DNA of 33,270 nucleotides from Betaproteobacteria bacterium (GTDB taxonomy: Bacteria; Pseudomonadota; Gammaproteobacteria; Burkholderiales; SG8-39): assembly GCA_031409355.1 (NCBI GenBank), contig JANNXB010000205.1, positions 1 through 33,270 of the forward strand, given 5' to 3'. The translations under genes and the position numbers were made by a program. This document shows positions 18,530-27,503 of this stretch, piece by piece. Position 1 is the first letter of the stretch. Each line of letters begins with the position of its first letter. The notes beneath the pieces are model-generated. The model made no database searches and was not told the origin of the DNA. It worked only from the letters and a program-made list of their open reading frames with translations.

Positions 18530-19788
18530 GCGCCACCTTCATAGAGGATCCGCCAGCGCCCGTCGTTCTTTACCCAGTACTGGCGCTTGCGCATCACGTT
18601 GGAAAGATTGCTCGAACGGTAATCCTGGTCGAAGCTGACCACGACGAATTTCTCGCGCGGATCCTGCAGCATCGCCACCTTGGACACGCCGACCTTGATC
18701 CATTCCTTGCCGGCGTTGACCTTGCGCTTGTGCTCGGACCATTCAGCGAGGTTCTGGTCGCCGGAACTGAAACGCGGCGCGTAGTGGCTCAGGTAGCGTT
18801 CGGTGTCGCGTTTTTCCCAGGCGGCGCGCCAGGCCTCGAAGGAGTCGGCCAGGCCATTGCGGTCGGCTTCCAGCGACTTCGCGTCGGTCCAGTCTATTTC
18901 GTCGGCGATGATGACCGGGGTCAGGCCGATCTGCACGCTCCTGCCGACGGCGTCCAGGTCGGCGTTCGCCAGCACGATGCAGCCGTCGCTCGCGCGCGGC
19001 GGCCGGCTGTAGGTGTCCGAAGGCGTGCCGTGCAGCCAGATGCCGTGGCCGTTGCGGCCCAGGCGCTTGTCCCAGGCGTTCGGGTAGTTGATCGGGAACG
19101 CGCCGGAGCCGTAGAAGTCGGTCAGCTTCTGGCGCGGCAGGTTGGCGGTGACGTGATAGACGCCGATCGGCGTCTTCTGGTCGCCCTCGCGCGTCTTTTC
19201 CACCCCGTTCTTGCCCAGCGTGACGTAGTAGTCGGCGACGAACTGGGGCCGGCCGCCGACGTTCTCGAACACATAAAGCCGCGAGCGGCGCGAATCCACG
19301 ACCAGCGCATGCCGCTGCTCGGGGTGCATCTGCAGGATGTAGCTCGGCACGCGCTCGCCTTTCGGCCGGTCGCGGAATGCGCGCACGCGGAGCAGGGCTT
19401 CGGCGCGCAGGTCCTCCACCTTCTCGCGCGGCACCGTCTTGGGCACGTTGCCGAAAGTCTCGAGCGGGCGGGCGCGGGCGGTCAGAAGGTCGCCGCGGAT
19501 CAGGTGCGCGAGGCGGAAATTCGGGTGCGCCGCGATCAGCGCCTCGACGCGTTGTATTGCGAGGTCGAGCTTGTTGCTTTCGATCGCTTCCAGTACCCCG
19601 GACAACGCCTGTTCCGGTCCGGCTTTCGATGCCGATGCCGTCTGGAAGGCCGCAGCGCCCGCCAGTGCCGTGGCCGGCACGGCCAAACGTGCCTTGGACG
19701 ACTTCTTCTTGGCTGCGATCCCTGCGGAGGATACGAAGAGCAGGGAGGCGAGAGCCAGGCGCAGGAGAGCGCTAGGCAGGGAAATCAA
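18526..19788 (-). CDS. L,D-transpeptidase (YkuD) family protein with C-terminal NTF2-like domain
   Basis: Signal peptide, EGDQKTPIGVY, catalytic WLHGTP...SDGCIV, C-terminal WRAAWE...YLSHY...WRILYE. Confidence 0.85.
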   Translation of the reverse strand: MISLPSALLRLALASLLFVSSAGIAAKKKSSKARLAVPATALAGAAAFQTASASKAGPEQALSGVLEAIESNKLDLAIQRVEALIAAHPNFRLAHLIRGDLLTARARPLETFGNVPKTVPREKVEDLRAEALLRVRAFRDRPKGERVPSYILQMHPEQRHALVVDSRRSRLYVFENVGGRPQFVADYYVTLGKNGVEKTREGDQKTPIGVYHVTANLPRQKLTDFYGSGAFPINYPNAWDKRLGRNGHGIWLHGTPSDTYSRPPRASDGCIVLANADLDAVGRSVQIGLTPVIIADEIDWTDAKSLEADRNGLADSFEAWRAAWEKRDTERYLSHYAPRFSSGDQNLAEWSEHKRKVNAGKEWIKVGVSKVAMLQDPREKFVVVSFDQDYRSSNLSNVMRKRQYWVKNDGRWRILYEGGA

Positions 19789-20870
19789 TTGCCGACCCTC
19801 TCCTGCTGGATGAGCCAGCGCCCGTCCGTTTTCGCCATTAGCAGGGTCTTGGTGGTGTTGGCCGTCTTGACGACATCGGAGCGGTAGCCCTGGCGAAATG
19901 TCACAGTAGCCTGGTTATCTCCGGTAACGCTTACCTTGGCTGCATCGACGGTCACGCTGATGCTCTTGGGCGCGGCGATGCGCTGCCGGCGGCCTTTTTC
20001 CCATTCCGCGCGCGCTTCACCGCCGGGTGTCTTGAAGTCCCTGGCATAGGAGGCGAGATACCGGTCCACGTCCTGGGTGGACCATGCCTTGGCCCAGGCG
20101 TTCACGGCTTCGAGGACATCAGAGCCGCCTGCGGCGGCCTTTGGCGGAGCGGATTTCTCCGCGGCCGGCTTGGCGGGCTCGACGGCCGCGACGACGGCAG
20201 GTGCTTTGGGCGCTTCCTTCGGCGTGGCTGCCTTGGCAGGTTCGGCTGCGGGGACGGCCGGTGCCTTGGCAACCTCCTTTGCAGCAATTGGTGCGGCAGG
20301 ACTTGCTGGTGAGGCCGGCGCCGCGGCGACCACGACCGGCTTGCCGGTTGGGGATCCGCCCACCAGTTCGCGCACCAGCGCGAGCTTGTTCTTCGCTGCG
20401 GGATTGGCGGAGTCGAATTGCAGCGCCTTGTCGTAGGCCTGGCTCGCGAGCTTGGCGTATACATCGCCGAGATTCTCGTAGGCGGTCGCGTAGCTCGGAT
20501 GCGTGCGAATCGACTGCTCTAGCGCGCCGCGCGCCTTGTCGTACTGGCCCTGCGCGGCGTAGATCACCGCGAGGTTGTTGTAGGGCTCGGGCAGGTCGGG
20601 AAAATCCTTCGTCAGCGCGAGGAATACGTCGGTCGCGTCCTTGGTGTTGCCCTGCTCGACGAAGATCAGCCCCTTGAGAAAGCGCGCGCGCGTATCGCGC
20701 GGCTTCGAAGCGAGCAGCTTGTTCACGCGTTCCAGCGCCTGCTGGTGCTGGCCGGCCTTGAGCATTTTTGCGGCGTCCTCGACTTCATCGGCGAAGGCTG
20801 GAGCGCAGATCGCGAGCAGCGCCGCGGCCAGCAGGGCGAGCATTGGGCGCGGGGCGGTGAAATTCATCAT
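19785..20870 (-). CDS. exported tetratricopeptide-repeat protein with C-terminal NTF2-like domain
   Basis: Signal peptide, TPRs (PEPYNNLAVIYA, YATAYENLGDVY), Pro/Ala linker, WAKAWS..YLASY..W..QQE tail. Confidence 0.85.
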   Translation of the reverse strand: MMNFTAPRPMLALLAAALLAICAPAFADEVEDAAKMLKAGQHQQALERVNKLLASKPRDTRARFLKGLIFVEQGNTKDATDVFLALTKDFPDLPEPYNNLAVIYAAQGQYDKARGALEQSIRTHPSYATAYENLGDVYAKLASQAYDKALQFDSANPAAKNKLALVRELVGGSPTGKPVVVAAAPASPASPAAPIAAKEVAKAPAVPAAEPAKAATPKEAPKAPAVVAAVEPAKPAAEKSAPPKAAAGGSDVLEAVNAWAKAWSTQDVDRYLASYARDFKTPGGEARAEWEKGRRQRIAAPKSISVTVDAAKVSVTGDNQATVTFRQGYRSDVVKTANTTKTLLMAKTDGRWLIQQERVGN

Positions 20871-20907
20871 TGTGTTATAGTTTTCAAGGCTCTACGGGAA
20901 CTTGCTC

Positions 20908-20917
20908 ATTCTAGACT
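20908..20917. promoter_or_regulatory. overlapping divergent -10 elements (bidirectional promoter candidate)
   Basis: ATTCTAGACT contains TAGAAT on the minus strand and TAGACT on the plus strand, sharing the central TA. Lies between the divergent TPR gene and cysS. Confidence 0.5.
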
Positions 20918-20977
20918 AAGCCTCGCCGCTTCACAACTTGGGTCGCTGCAGGACCCGGCGCTTCGCCAACCCTCTTC

Positions 20978-22339
20978 ATGCTCCGCATTTACAACTCGCT
21001 CGCCAGGGACAAGCAGGATTTCGTGCCGTTACGCCCGGGCGAGGTGCGCATGTACGTCTGCGGCATGACCGTCTACGACTATTGCCATATCGGGCATGGC
21101 CGGATGATGGTGGCGTTCGACCTGGTCCGGCGCTGGCTGCGCGCGAGCGGCTACCGCGTCACCTACGTGCGCAACATCACCGACATAGACGACAAGATCA
21201 TCAAGCGCGCGGCGGAGAACGGCGAAACCATCGGCGAGCTGACCGAGCGCAATATCCGGATCATGGACGAGGACGTCGGCGCGCTGGGGGTGGAAAAGCC
21301 CGACCATGAGCCGAGGGCGACGCAGTACGTGCCGCAGATGCTGCAGATGATCGGCCGCCTGGAGGCGAACGGGCTCGCCTACCTGGCCGAGGACGGCGAC
21401 GTAAATTTCCCGGTGCGCAAGTTTCCGGGCTACGGCAGGCTTTCGGGCAAGCAGCTCGACGACCTGCGCGCCGGCGAGCGGGTCAGCGTGGGCGCCGCCA
21501 AGCGCGATCCGCTCGATTTCGTGCTGTGGAAGCACTCGAAGCCGGACGAACCGAAATGGCCCTCGCCCTGGGGCGAAGGGCGTCCTGGCTGGGCGATCGA
21601 ATGCTCTGCCATGGGCTGCTCTCTGCTCGGGGAGTCTTTCGACATCCATGGCGGCGGGCAGGACCTGCAGTTTCCGCATCACGAAAACGAAATCGCCCAG
21701 TCCGAGGGCGCCAACGGCAAGCCCTTCGTCAAGTACTGGCTGCACAACGGCTTCGTCCAGGTCGACGAAACGAAAATGTCGAAGTCGCTCGGCAACTTCT
21801 TCACCATCCGCGACATCCTCAAGGTCTTCGATCCGGAAGTGGTGCGTTTCTTCCTCGTGCGCGCCCAGTACCGCAGCGAATTGAACTATTCGGACGCGCA
21901 GTTGAACGATGCGAAGGCTGGACTTTCTCGCCTTTACGGCGCATTGGTTGACTCACCAGTTTCGGAGAGGTCTGTCGTTTGGGATGAGCCGCACGCCGTC
22001 CGATTCAAGGCTGCCATGGACGACGATTTCAACACGGCGGAGGCCGTCGCTGAGTTACATCGGATTGCCAATCTCATCTATCACGGTGACAACAGACTTG
22101 CACCACAACTGCGTGCCCTCGGAAGAATCCTCGGACTTCTACAGCGCAGTTCCCAGGATTATTTCCAAGGTGGAATCGGGCAATACACTCCTGACAAGAT
22201 CGAAGAACTGATCGCGTTTCGGGTGGATGCCAAAAAGTCGCGAGATTTTGCCAAAGCAGATCAGGTTCGCGATGAGCTAGCGGCGGCAGGCATCGTCTTG
22301 GAAGACGGCCCCAAAGGCACCACCTGGCGTCGGGCCTAG
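20978..22339 (+). CDS. cysS: cysteine--tRNA ligase
   Basis: [70 protein letters not shown]. Confidence 0.97.
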   Translation: MLRIYNSLARDKQDFVPLRPGEVRMYVCGMTVYDYCHIGHGRMMVAFDLVRRWLRASGYRVTYVRNITDIDDKIIKRAAENGETIGELTERNIRIMDEDVGALGVEKPDHEPRATQYVPQMLQMIGRLEANGLAYLAEDGDVNFPVRKFPGYGRLSGKQLDDLRAGERVSVGAAKRDPLDFVLWKHSKPDEPKWPSPWGEGRPGWAIECSAMGCSLLGESFDIHGGGQDLQFPHHENEIAQSEGANGKPFVKYWLHNGFVQVDETKMSKSLGNFFTIRDILKVFDPEVVRFFLVRAQYRSELNYSDAQLNDAKAGLSRLYGALVDSPVSERSVVWDEPHAVRFKAAMDDDFNTAEAVAELHRIANLIYHGDNRLAPQLRALGRILGLLQRSSQDYFQGGIGQYTPDKIEELIAFRVDAKKSRDFAKADQVRDELAAAGIVLEDGPKGTTWRRA

Positions 22340-22497
22340 ACGACACACGCGCGCAAGCGTGAAGTAAGTCGCATTCGGTCGGCCGCGGGACGCTTTTCAT
22401 AGGCGTTTTCCCGACAGGGAAGACGGGCATTTCACAGTTTTTGACGTCCTTCATCAGGGCCATGCTGCGTACCGAGGCCAACTTCGGGAGAGCCCAG

Positions 22498-22833
22498 ATG
22501 ACTGCAAAGAAAACTTTTCGTGTCGCCGTCCTAGGAACACCGCAGGCGGAGCAGTGGATGATGGTCCGCGCGTTCGCCGCGACGCGCGAGCGGCAGTGCG
22601 CCTATGAACTGGTTACCGATGCCGTGGCCACGCAGCCTGACATGTACGTGGTCGATTCGGACAACGACTACGCGATCGCTCGCTGGGTGGCGCTCGATTC
22701 CAAGGGCGCCGTGCCAGCCGCATTCTTTTCCCGCGTGCATCCGCGCGCCAAGAGCGCGGTGGTGGTGTCGCGGCCGCATACCTCGGGCAGCGTGGTCGAC
22801 GCGCTCGACCAGATATCGCGCCGCTTCGCGTAG
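22498..22833 (+). CDS. hypothetical 111-aa protein, possibly a degenerate receiver-like domain
   Basis: GGGAG SD then ATG 22498, host-like codon usage, beta/alpha pattern (RVAVLG, PDMYVVDSD, VVVSRP, VVDALD). Its stop abuts the dnaJ stop. Confidence 0.65.
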   Translation: MTAKKTFRVAVLGTPQAEQWMMVRAFAATRERQCAYELVTDAVATQPDMYVVDSDNDYAIARWVALDSKGAVPAAFFSRVHPRAKSAVVVSRPHTSGSVVDALDQISRRFA

Positions 22834-23958
22834 CTAGCCTTCGAAGAAATCCTTCACCTTGTCGAACCAGCCTTTCGCGCGCGGATTGTGGCGCGCCGCG
22901 TCCTTCTGGCTGATCGCCTCGAATTCCTGCAACAGCTCGCGCTGGCGGGAAGTGAGGTTCACCGGCGTTTCCACCACCACGTGGCAGAACAGGTCGCCCG
23001 GCGACTGGCTGCGCACGCCCTTGATGCCCTTGCCGCGCAGGCGAAAGGTCTTGCCGCTCTGGGTTTCGCCGGGCACCTTGATGCGCGCGCTGCCCTCCAG
23101 CGTCGGAATCTCGATTTCGCCGCCCAGCGCGGCGACGGTGAAGGACACCGGCATCTCGCAATGCAGGTCGTCGTGATCGCGCTGGAACACCGCGTGCGGC
23201 TTTAGGTGCACCTGGACGTAGAGGTCGCCGGGCGGGCCGCCATTCACGCCTGATTCGCCTTCGCCGGTCAGGCGCACGCGGTCGCCTTCGTCCACGCCGA
23301 CCGGGATCTTCACCGACAGCGTCTTCTGGTTCTTGATGCGTCCGGCGCCGCTGCAGGTGGCGCAGGGATTCGTCACGGTCTTGCCGCTGCCGTGGCAGCG
23401 CGGGCAGGTCTGCGCGATGGAGAACGGGCCCTGCGAGACGCGCACCTGGCCCTGGCCGCGGCAGGTGGCGCAGGTCTGCGGCTGGGTGCCAGGCTTGGCG
23501 CCCGAACCCTTGCAGGTGGCGCACTCGGTGAGCGTCGGGATGCGGATCTTGGTCTCGAAGCCGTGCGCCGCCTGCTCTAGGTTGATTTCCAGGTTGTAGC
23601 GCAGGTCCGCGCCGCGGTAGACGTTGGAACGCCCGCCGCGCGCGCCGCCGAAGATCTCGCCGAAGATGTCGTTGAACACGTCGCCGAACCCGGCCTGGCC
23701 AGCGCCGAAACCGGCGCCCGCGGCCGCGGACGGATCCACGCCGGCATGGCCGTACTGGTCGTAGGCCGGCCGCTTCTTCGGGTCGGTCAGGACCTCGTAG
23801 GCCTCCTTCGCTTCCTTGAAGTGCTCCTCCGCCTTCGGATTATCCGGATTGCGGTCCGGGTGCCACTTCATGGCGAGCTTGCGGTAAGCCTTCTTGATGT
23901 CCTCTTCGGACGCGTCCCGGTTTACGCCGAGCACTTCGTAGTAGTCGCGCTTCGCCAC
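22834..23958 (-). CDS. dnaJ: molecular chaperone DnaJ
   Basis: [11 protein letters not shown] motif, G/F region, four CxxCxGxG repeats. GTG start. Confidence 0.98.
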   Translation of the reverse strand: MAKRDYYEVLGVNRDASEEDIKKAYRKLAMKWHPDRNPDNPKAEEHFKEAKEAYEVLTDPKKRPAYDQYGHAGVDPSAAAGAGFGAGQAGFGDVFNDIFGEIFGGARGGRSNVYRGADLRYNLEINLEQAAHGFETKIRIPTLTECATCKGSGAKPGTQPQTCATCRGQGQVRVSQGPFSIAQTCPRCHGSGKTVTNPCATCSGAGRIKNQKTLSVKIPVGVDEGDRVRLTGEGESGVNGGPPGDLYVQVHLKPHAVFQRDHDDLHCEMPVSFTVAALGGEIEIPTLEGSARIKVPGETQSGKTFRLRGKGIKGVRSQSPGDLFCHVVVETPVNLTSRQRELLQEFEAISQKDAARHNPRAKGWFDKVKDFFEG

Positions 23959-23976
23959 TCCAGCTTTTCTCCCCTG

Positions 23977-25917
23977 TTAGCCGGTTTTTTTGTCTTTTAC
24001 CTCGGTGTACTCGGCATCAACCACGTTGCCGTCGTCTTTTTTCGGTTCAGCCGAAGGCTGAGCCTCGCCCCCCGGGGCCTGCTGCTGCTTCGCTTGCGCA
24101 TCTGCATACACCTTCTCGCCCAGCTTCTGCGATGCTTCGGCGAGTGCCTTCGACTTGGCCTCGATCTGCGCCTTGTCGTCGGACTTGAGCACGCCTTCCG
24201 CGTCCTTGAGCGCGGCCTCGATCTTTTCCTTCTCGCCCGCGTCCAGCTTGTCGGCGTATTCGACTAGCGATTTGCGCACCGAATGGACCAGCGCCTCGCA
24301 CTGGTTGCGCGCGTTGACGAGCTCGAGCGCCTTGCGGTCCTCCTCGGCGTGTGTCTCGGCATCGGCCACCATGCGTTTGATCTCGTCCTCGGAGAGGCCG
24401 GAGCCCGCCTGGATCTTGATCTTGGCTTCCTTGCCGGTCGCCTTGTCCTTGGCGGTGACGTGCAGGATGCCGTTGGCGTCGATGTCGAACATGACCTCGA
24501 TCTGCGGCATGCCGCGCACCGAAGGCGGGATGTCCGCGAGGTTGAACTGGCCGAGCGACTTGTTGCCGTTCGCCACTTCGCGCTCGCCCTGCAGCACGTG
24601 AATCGTCACCGCGGTCTGGTTGTCTTCCGCGGTCGAGAACACCTGCTGCGCCTTGGTCGGGATGGTGGTGTTCTTCTGGATGAGCTTCGTCATGACGCCG
24701 CCCAACGTTTCGATGCCGAGGGACAGCGGCGTGACGTCCAGCAGCAGCACGTCCTTGACGTCGCCTTTCAGCACGCCGGCCTGGATCGCCGCGCCGACCG
24801 CCACGGCTTCATCCGGGTTGACGTCCTTGCGCGGATCCTTGCCGAAGAATTCGCGCACCTTGTCCACCACCTTGGGCATGCGCGTCATGCCGCCCACCAG
24901 GATCACGTCCTGGATGTCGGAGAGCTGCACGCCCGCGTCCTTGACCGCAACGCGGCAGGGCTCGATGGTGCGCTGAATCAGCTCGTCGACCAGCGATTCG
25001 AACTTGGCGCGTGTGATTTTCATTGTCAGGTGCTGCGGCGCGCCGTCCGCCATCGCGATATAGGGTTCGTTGATCTCTGTCTGCTGGCTCGAAGACAGCT
25101 CGATCTTGGCGCGCTCGGCCGCGGACTTGATCCGCTGCAGCGCGATCGCGTCCTTGGCGAGGTCGACGCCGCTCTTCGCCTTGAACTCCTCGACGATATG
25201 GTCGATCAGCCGCTGGTCGAAGTCCTCGCCGCCGAGGAAAGTGTCGCCGTTGGTGGAGAGCACCTCGAACTGGTGCTCGCCCTCGACCGCGTTGATATCG
25301 ATGATGGAAATGTCGAATGTGCCGCCGCCCAGGTCATACACGGCGATCTTGCGGTCCTTGGTTTCCTTCTTGTCCATGCCGAAGGCGAGCGCGGCCGCGG
25401 TCGGCTCGTTGATGATGCGCTTCACGTCCAGGCCCGCGATGCGGCCGGCGTCCTTGGTCGCCTGGCGCTGCGAGTCGTTGAAGTAGGCGGGCACCGTGAT
25501 GACGGCTTCGGTGACTTCCTCGCCGAGATAGTCCTCGGCGGTCTTCTTCATCTTGCGCAGCACCTCGGCCGAGACCTGCTGCGGCGCGAGCTTCTTGCCG
25601 CGCACTTCCACCCAGGCATCGCCGTTGTCCGCCTTGGCGATTCCGTAGGGCATCAGGTTGATGTCCTTCTGCACTTCCTTCTCGTCGAACTTGCGGCCGA
25701 TCAGCCGCTTCACCGCGAACAGGGTGTTCTTGGCGTTGGTGACCGCCTGCCGCTTGGCCGGCGCGCCGACAAGGATGTCGGCCTCTTCGGTGTAGGCGAC
25801 GATGGAAGGGGTGGTGCGCGCGCCCTCCGAGTTTTCGATCACCTTGGGCTTGCCGCCCTCCATGATCGCGACGCAGGAGTTGGTGGTGCCCAGGTCGATG
25901 CCGATGATCTTGCCCAT
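23977..25917 (-). CDS. dnaK: molecular chaperone DnaK
   Basis: [47 protein letters not shown]-terminal VVDAEYTEV. Confidence 0.99.
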   Translation of the reverse strand: MGKIIGIDLGTTNSCVAIMEGGKPKVIENSEGARTTPSIVAYTEEADILVGAPAKRQAVTNAKNTLFAVKRLIGRKFDEKEVQKDINLMPYGIAKADNGDAWVEVRGKKLAPQQVSAEVLRKMKKTAEDYLGEEVTEAVITVPAYFNDSQRQATKDAGRIAGLDVKRIINEPTAAALAFGMDKKETKDRKIAVYDLGGGTFDISIIDINAVEGEHQFEVLSTNGDTFLGGEDFDQRLIDHIVEEFKAKSGVDLAKDAIALQRIKSAAERAKIELSSSQQTEINEPYIAMADGAPQHLTMKITRAKFESLVDELIQRTIEPCRVAVKDAGVQLSDIQDVILVGGMTRMPKVVDKVREFFGKDPRKDVNPDEAVAVGAAIQAGVLKGDVKDVLLLDVTPLSLGIETLGGVMTKLIQKNTTIPTKAQQVFSTAEDNQTAVTIHVLQGEREVANGNKSLGQFNLADIPPSVRGMPQIEVMFDIDANGILHVTAKDKATGKEAKIKIQAGSGLSEDEIKRMVADAETHAEEDRKALELVNARNQCEALVHSVRKSLVEYADKLDAGEKEKIEAALKDAEGVLKSDDKAQIEAKSKALAEASQKLGEKVYADAQAKQQQAPGGEAQPSAEPKKDDGNVVDAEYTEVKDKKTG

Positions 25918-25926
25918 GTCAGTTCC

Positions 25927-26484
25927 TCAGTTCGTGTCGTCGTTACTGTCAGATATGGGGATTCCGCCCTTGTTTTCAAGGGCTTTCGCGACCGTTACCA
26001 GCGCCGGGCGCAGGATCCGGTCGTGCAGGCGGTAGCCCTTGAGCATTACGGCGACCACCGTGTTCGGCTCCGCCGCGGATTCGACCGCCGCCATGGCCTG
26101 GTGCTTGTGCGGGTCGAAGCGTTCGCCGGTGGCAGGCGTGATCTCTGTCAGGTTCGCTTTCTGGAACACCGTCTTCAACTGCTTGACGGTGATTTCGACC
26201 CCGTCACGCAGGGCTTGTGGCGCCGCTTCCGCTGCGCCCAGCGCCGCCTCGAGACTGTCCATGACTGAAAGCAGGCTCTCTGCGATCCTCTCGATGGCAA
26301 ACTTGTGCGCCGCTGCGACGTCGGCCTGCGCGCGCTTGCGGATGTTTTCGGTCTCCGCGACCGCCCGCAACCAGGCGTCTTTCTGTTCGTCGATCCGCGC
26401 CTGAGCCTCGGCCAACAGCTTGTCGAGGGTTTTCTCCTCGGCCGGGGCCGGGGTATCGTGCTGGGGGGTGGTGGATTCAGACAT
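25927..26484 (-). CDS. grpE: nucleotide exchange factor GrpE
   Basis: LRAVAETENIRKR, FDPHKHQAM, KGYRLHDRILRPALVTV. Upstream of dnaK. Confidence 0.96.
   Translation of the reverse strand: MSESTTPQHDTPAPAEEKTLDKLLAEAQARIDEQKDAWLRAVAETENIRKRAQADVAAAHKFAIERIAESLLSVMDSLEAALGAAEAAPQALRDGVEITVKQLKTVFQKANLTEITPATGERFDPHKHQAMAAVESAAEPNTVVAVMLKGYRLHDRILRPALVTVAKALENKGGIPISDSNDDTN
25953..25980 (-). promoter_or_regulatory. sigma-32 (RpoH) promoter for dnaKJ embedded in the grpE 3' end
   Basis: Minus strand CTTGAA-N14-CCCCATAT, a consensus match. Confidence 0.85.
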
Positions 26485-26495
26485 GGATTGCCGGC

Positions 26496-26523
26496 ATATT
26501 GGGCCGGTGAAGCGGGAATCAAG
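26496..26523 (-). promoter_or_regulatory. sigma-32-like promoter for grpE
   Basis: Minus strand CTTGAT-N14-CCCAATAT, ending 11 nt before the grpE ATG. Confidence 0.7.
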
Positions 26524-26567
26524 AGGAGGGCGGGGAAATATATCCCCTTCTCTACAAGGAGATGGGG

Positions 26568-27503
26568 ATGCTGTCGAGGTTTCTGAAGTCCCTGCTGGGT
26601 CCGCGCGGCCCGGCCCGGCCGGACGCTGCCCTGTCGGTCGGGATGGCGGCGCACGGCAACGCGGCGACCACCCGCCGGGCGCTGGAGGCGCTGCTCGCCA
26701 GCGCCAGCGGCGACTTCGAGCTGGTCCTGGTCGACGACAAATCCCCGGACGACACGCTGGAAGTCTTCCTGGAGGCGCGCCGCTGGCACGCCAACACCCG
26801 CGTTCTCGCCTTCGGGCGCAATCTGGAATATTGCGAAAGCGTGAATGCCTTCCTGTCGCATGCGCGCGGCGAGCGGCTGCTGTTTCTGTCGAACGACATC
26901 TTCGCCTCGCCGGCCTACCTGCGCTCGCTGCTCGCGGCCGCCGCCGCCCACCCGGACTGCGGCATCCTGCGCGGCTGCTCGAACTTCGTCGACAACCATT
27001 CTCCGGCGCACAACGTGACGATTCCCGTTTGCGCGACGCAGGCGGCGTACTTCGCTTTCGCCGAAGAGGTCGCCGAACGTCACCGCGACAGCCCGATGCT
27101 GGACGAGCGCTTCCTCGTCGGCGACGCCTTCCTGGTGACGCGCCGCGCCCTCGAGCGCATCGGCACGTACGACACGCGCTTCATCGGCTACTGCGCTGAC
27201 ATGGACTATGGTCTGCGGGCGCAGATCGCGGGCCTGCGCGTGGTGCTGGCGCGTGGCGCGTTCGCGTTCCATGACCAGGACGCCAACCTGGCCTACCTGC
27301 CGGAGGACGAGCGCCTGCGCAAGCTCGAGCGCCGGCGCGCCAAGGTCGGCGCGGCGCTGGGCGAGTTCGTGCGCAAGTACCGCCTGGACATGGCCGACGG
27401 CACGGTGCACGACATCCCCTGGGAGGAACTGGCGCGGCGCGCGTTCGATCCGGCGCTGCACTACGTCGCGCCTAAGGACTACTCGGAATACTTTCTGCGG
27501 TGA
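26568..27503 (+). CDS. glycosyltransferase family 2 protein
   Basis: ELVLVDDKSPDDT, LLFLSNDI, YCADMDYGLRAQIAG GT-A motifs. AAGGAG SD 6 nt before ATG 26568 (alternative ATG 26562). Confidence 0.8.
   Translation: MLSRFLKSLLGPRGPARPDAALSVGMAAHGNAATTRRALEALLASASGDFELVLVDDKSPDDTLEVFLEARRWHANTRVLAFGRNLEYCESVNAFLSHARGERLLFLSNDIFASPAYLRSLLAAAAAHPDCGILRGCSNFVDNHSPAHNVTIPVCATQAAYFAFAEEVAERHRDSPMLDERFLVGDAFLVTRRALERIGTYDTRFIGYCADMDYGLRAQIAGLRVVLARGAFAFHDQDANLAYLPEDERLRKLERRRAKVGAALGEFVRKYRLDMADGTVHDIPWEELARRAFDPALHYVAPKDYSEYFLR

Noticed and set aside
18917-18925. GGGGTCAGG resembling the cassette junction motif
   Set aside because: It lies within coding sequence (GLTP), lacks AT flanks and has no adjacent duplication.
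24283-26268. 661-aa ORF antisense to dnaK/grpE
   Set aside because: Shadow ORF expected from GC-rich codon bias opposite dnaK, with no independent motifs or RBS.
26524-26567. Searched for an orphan hemH 3' tail beyond the GT2 gene, as seen for lpxH
   Set aside because: No matching translated fragment or junction motif was seen, so this insertion cannot be assigned to the same mechanism.
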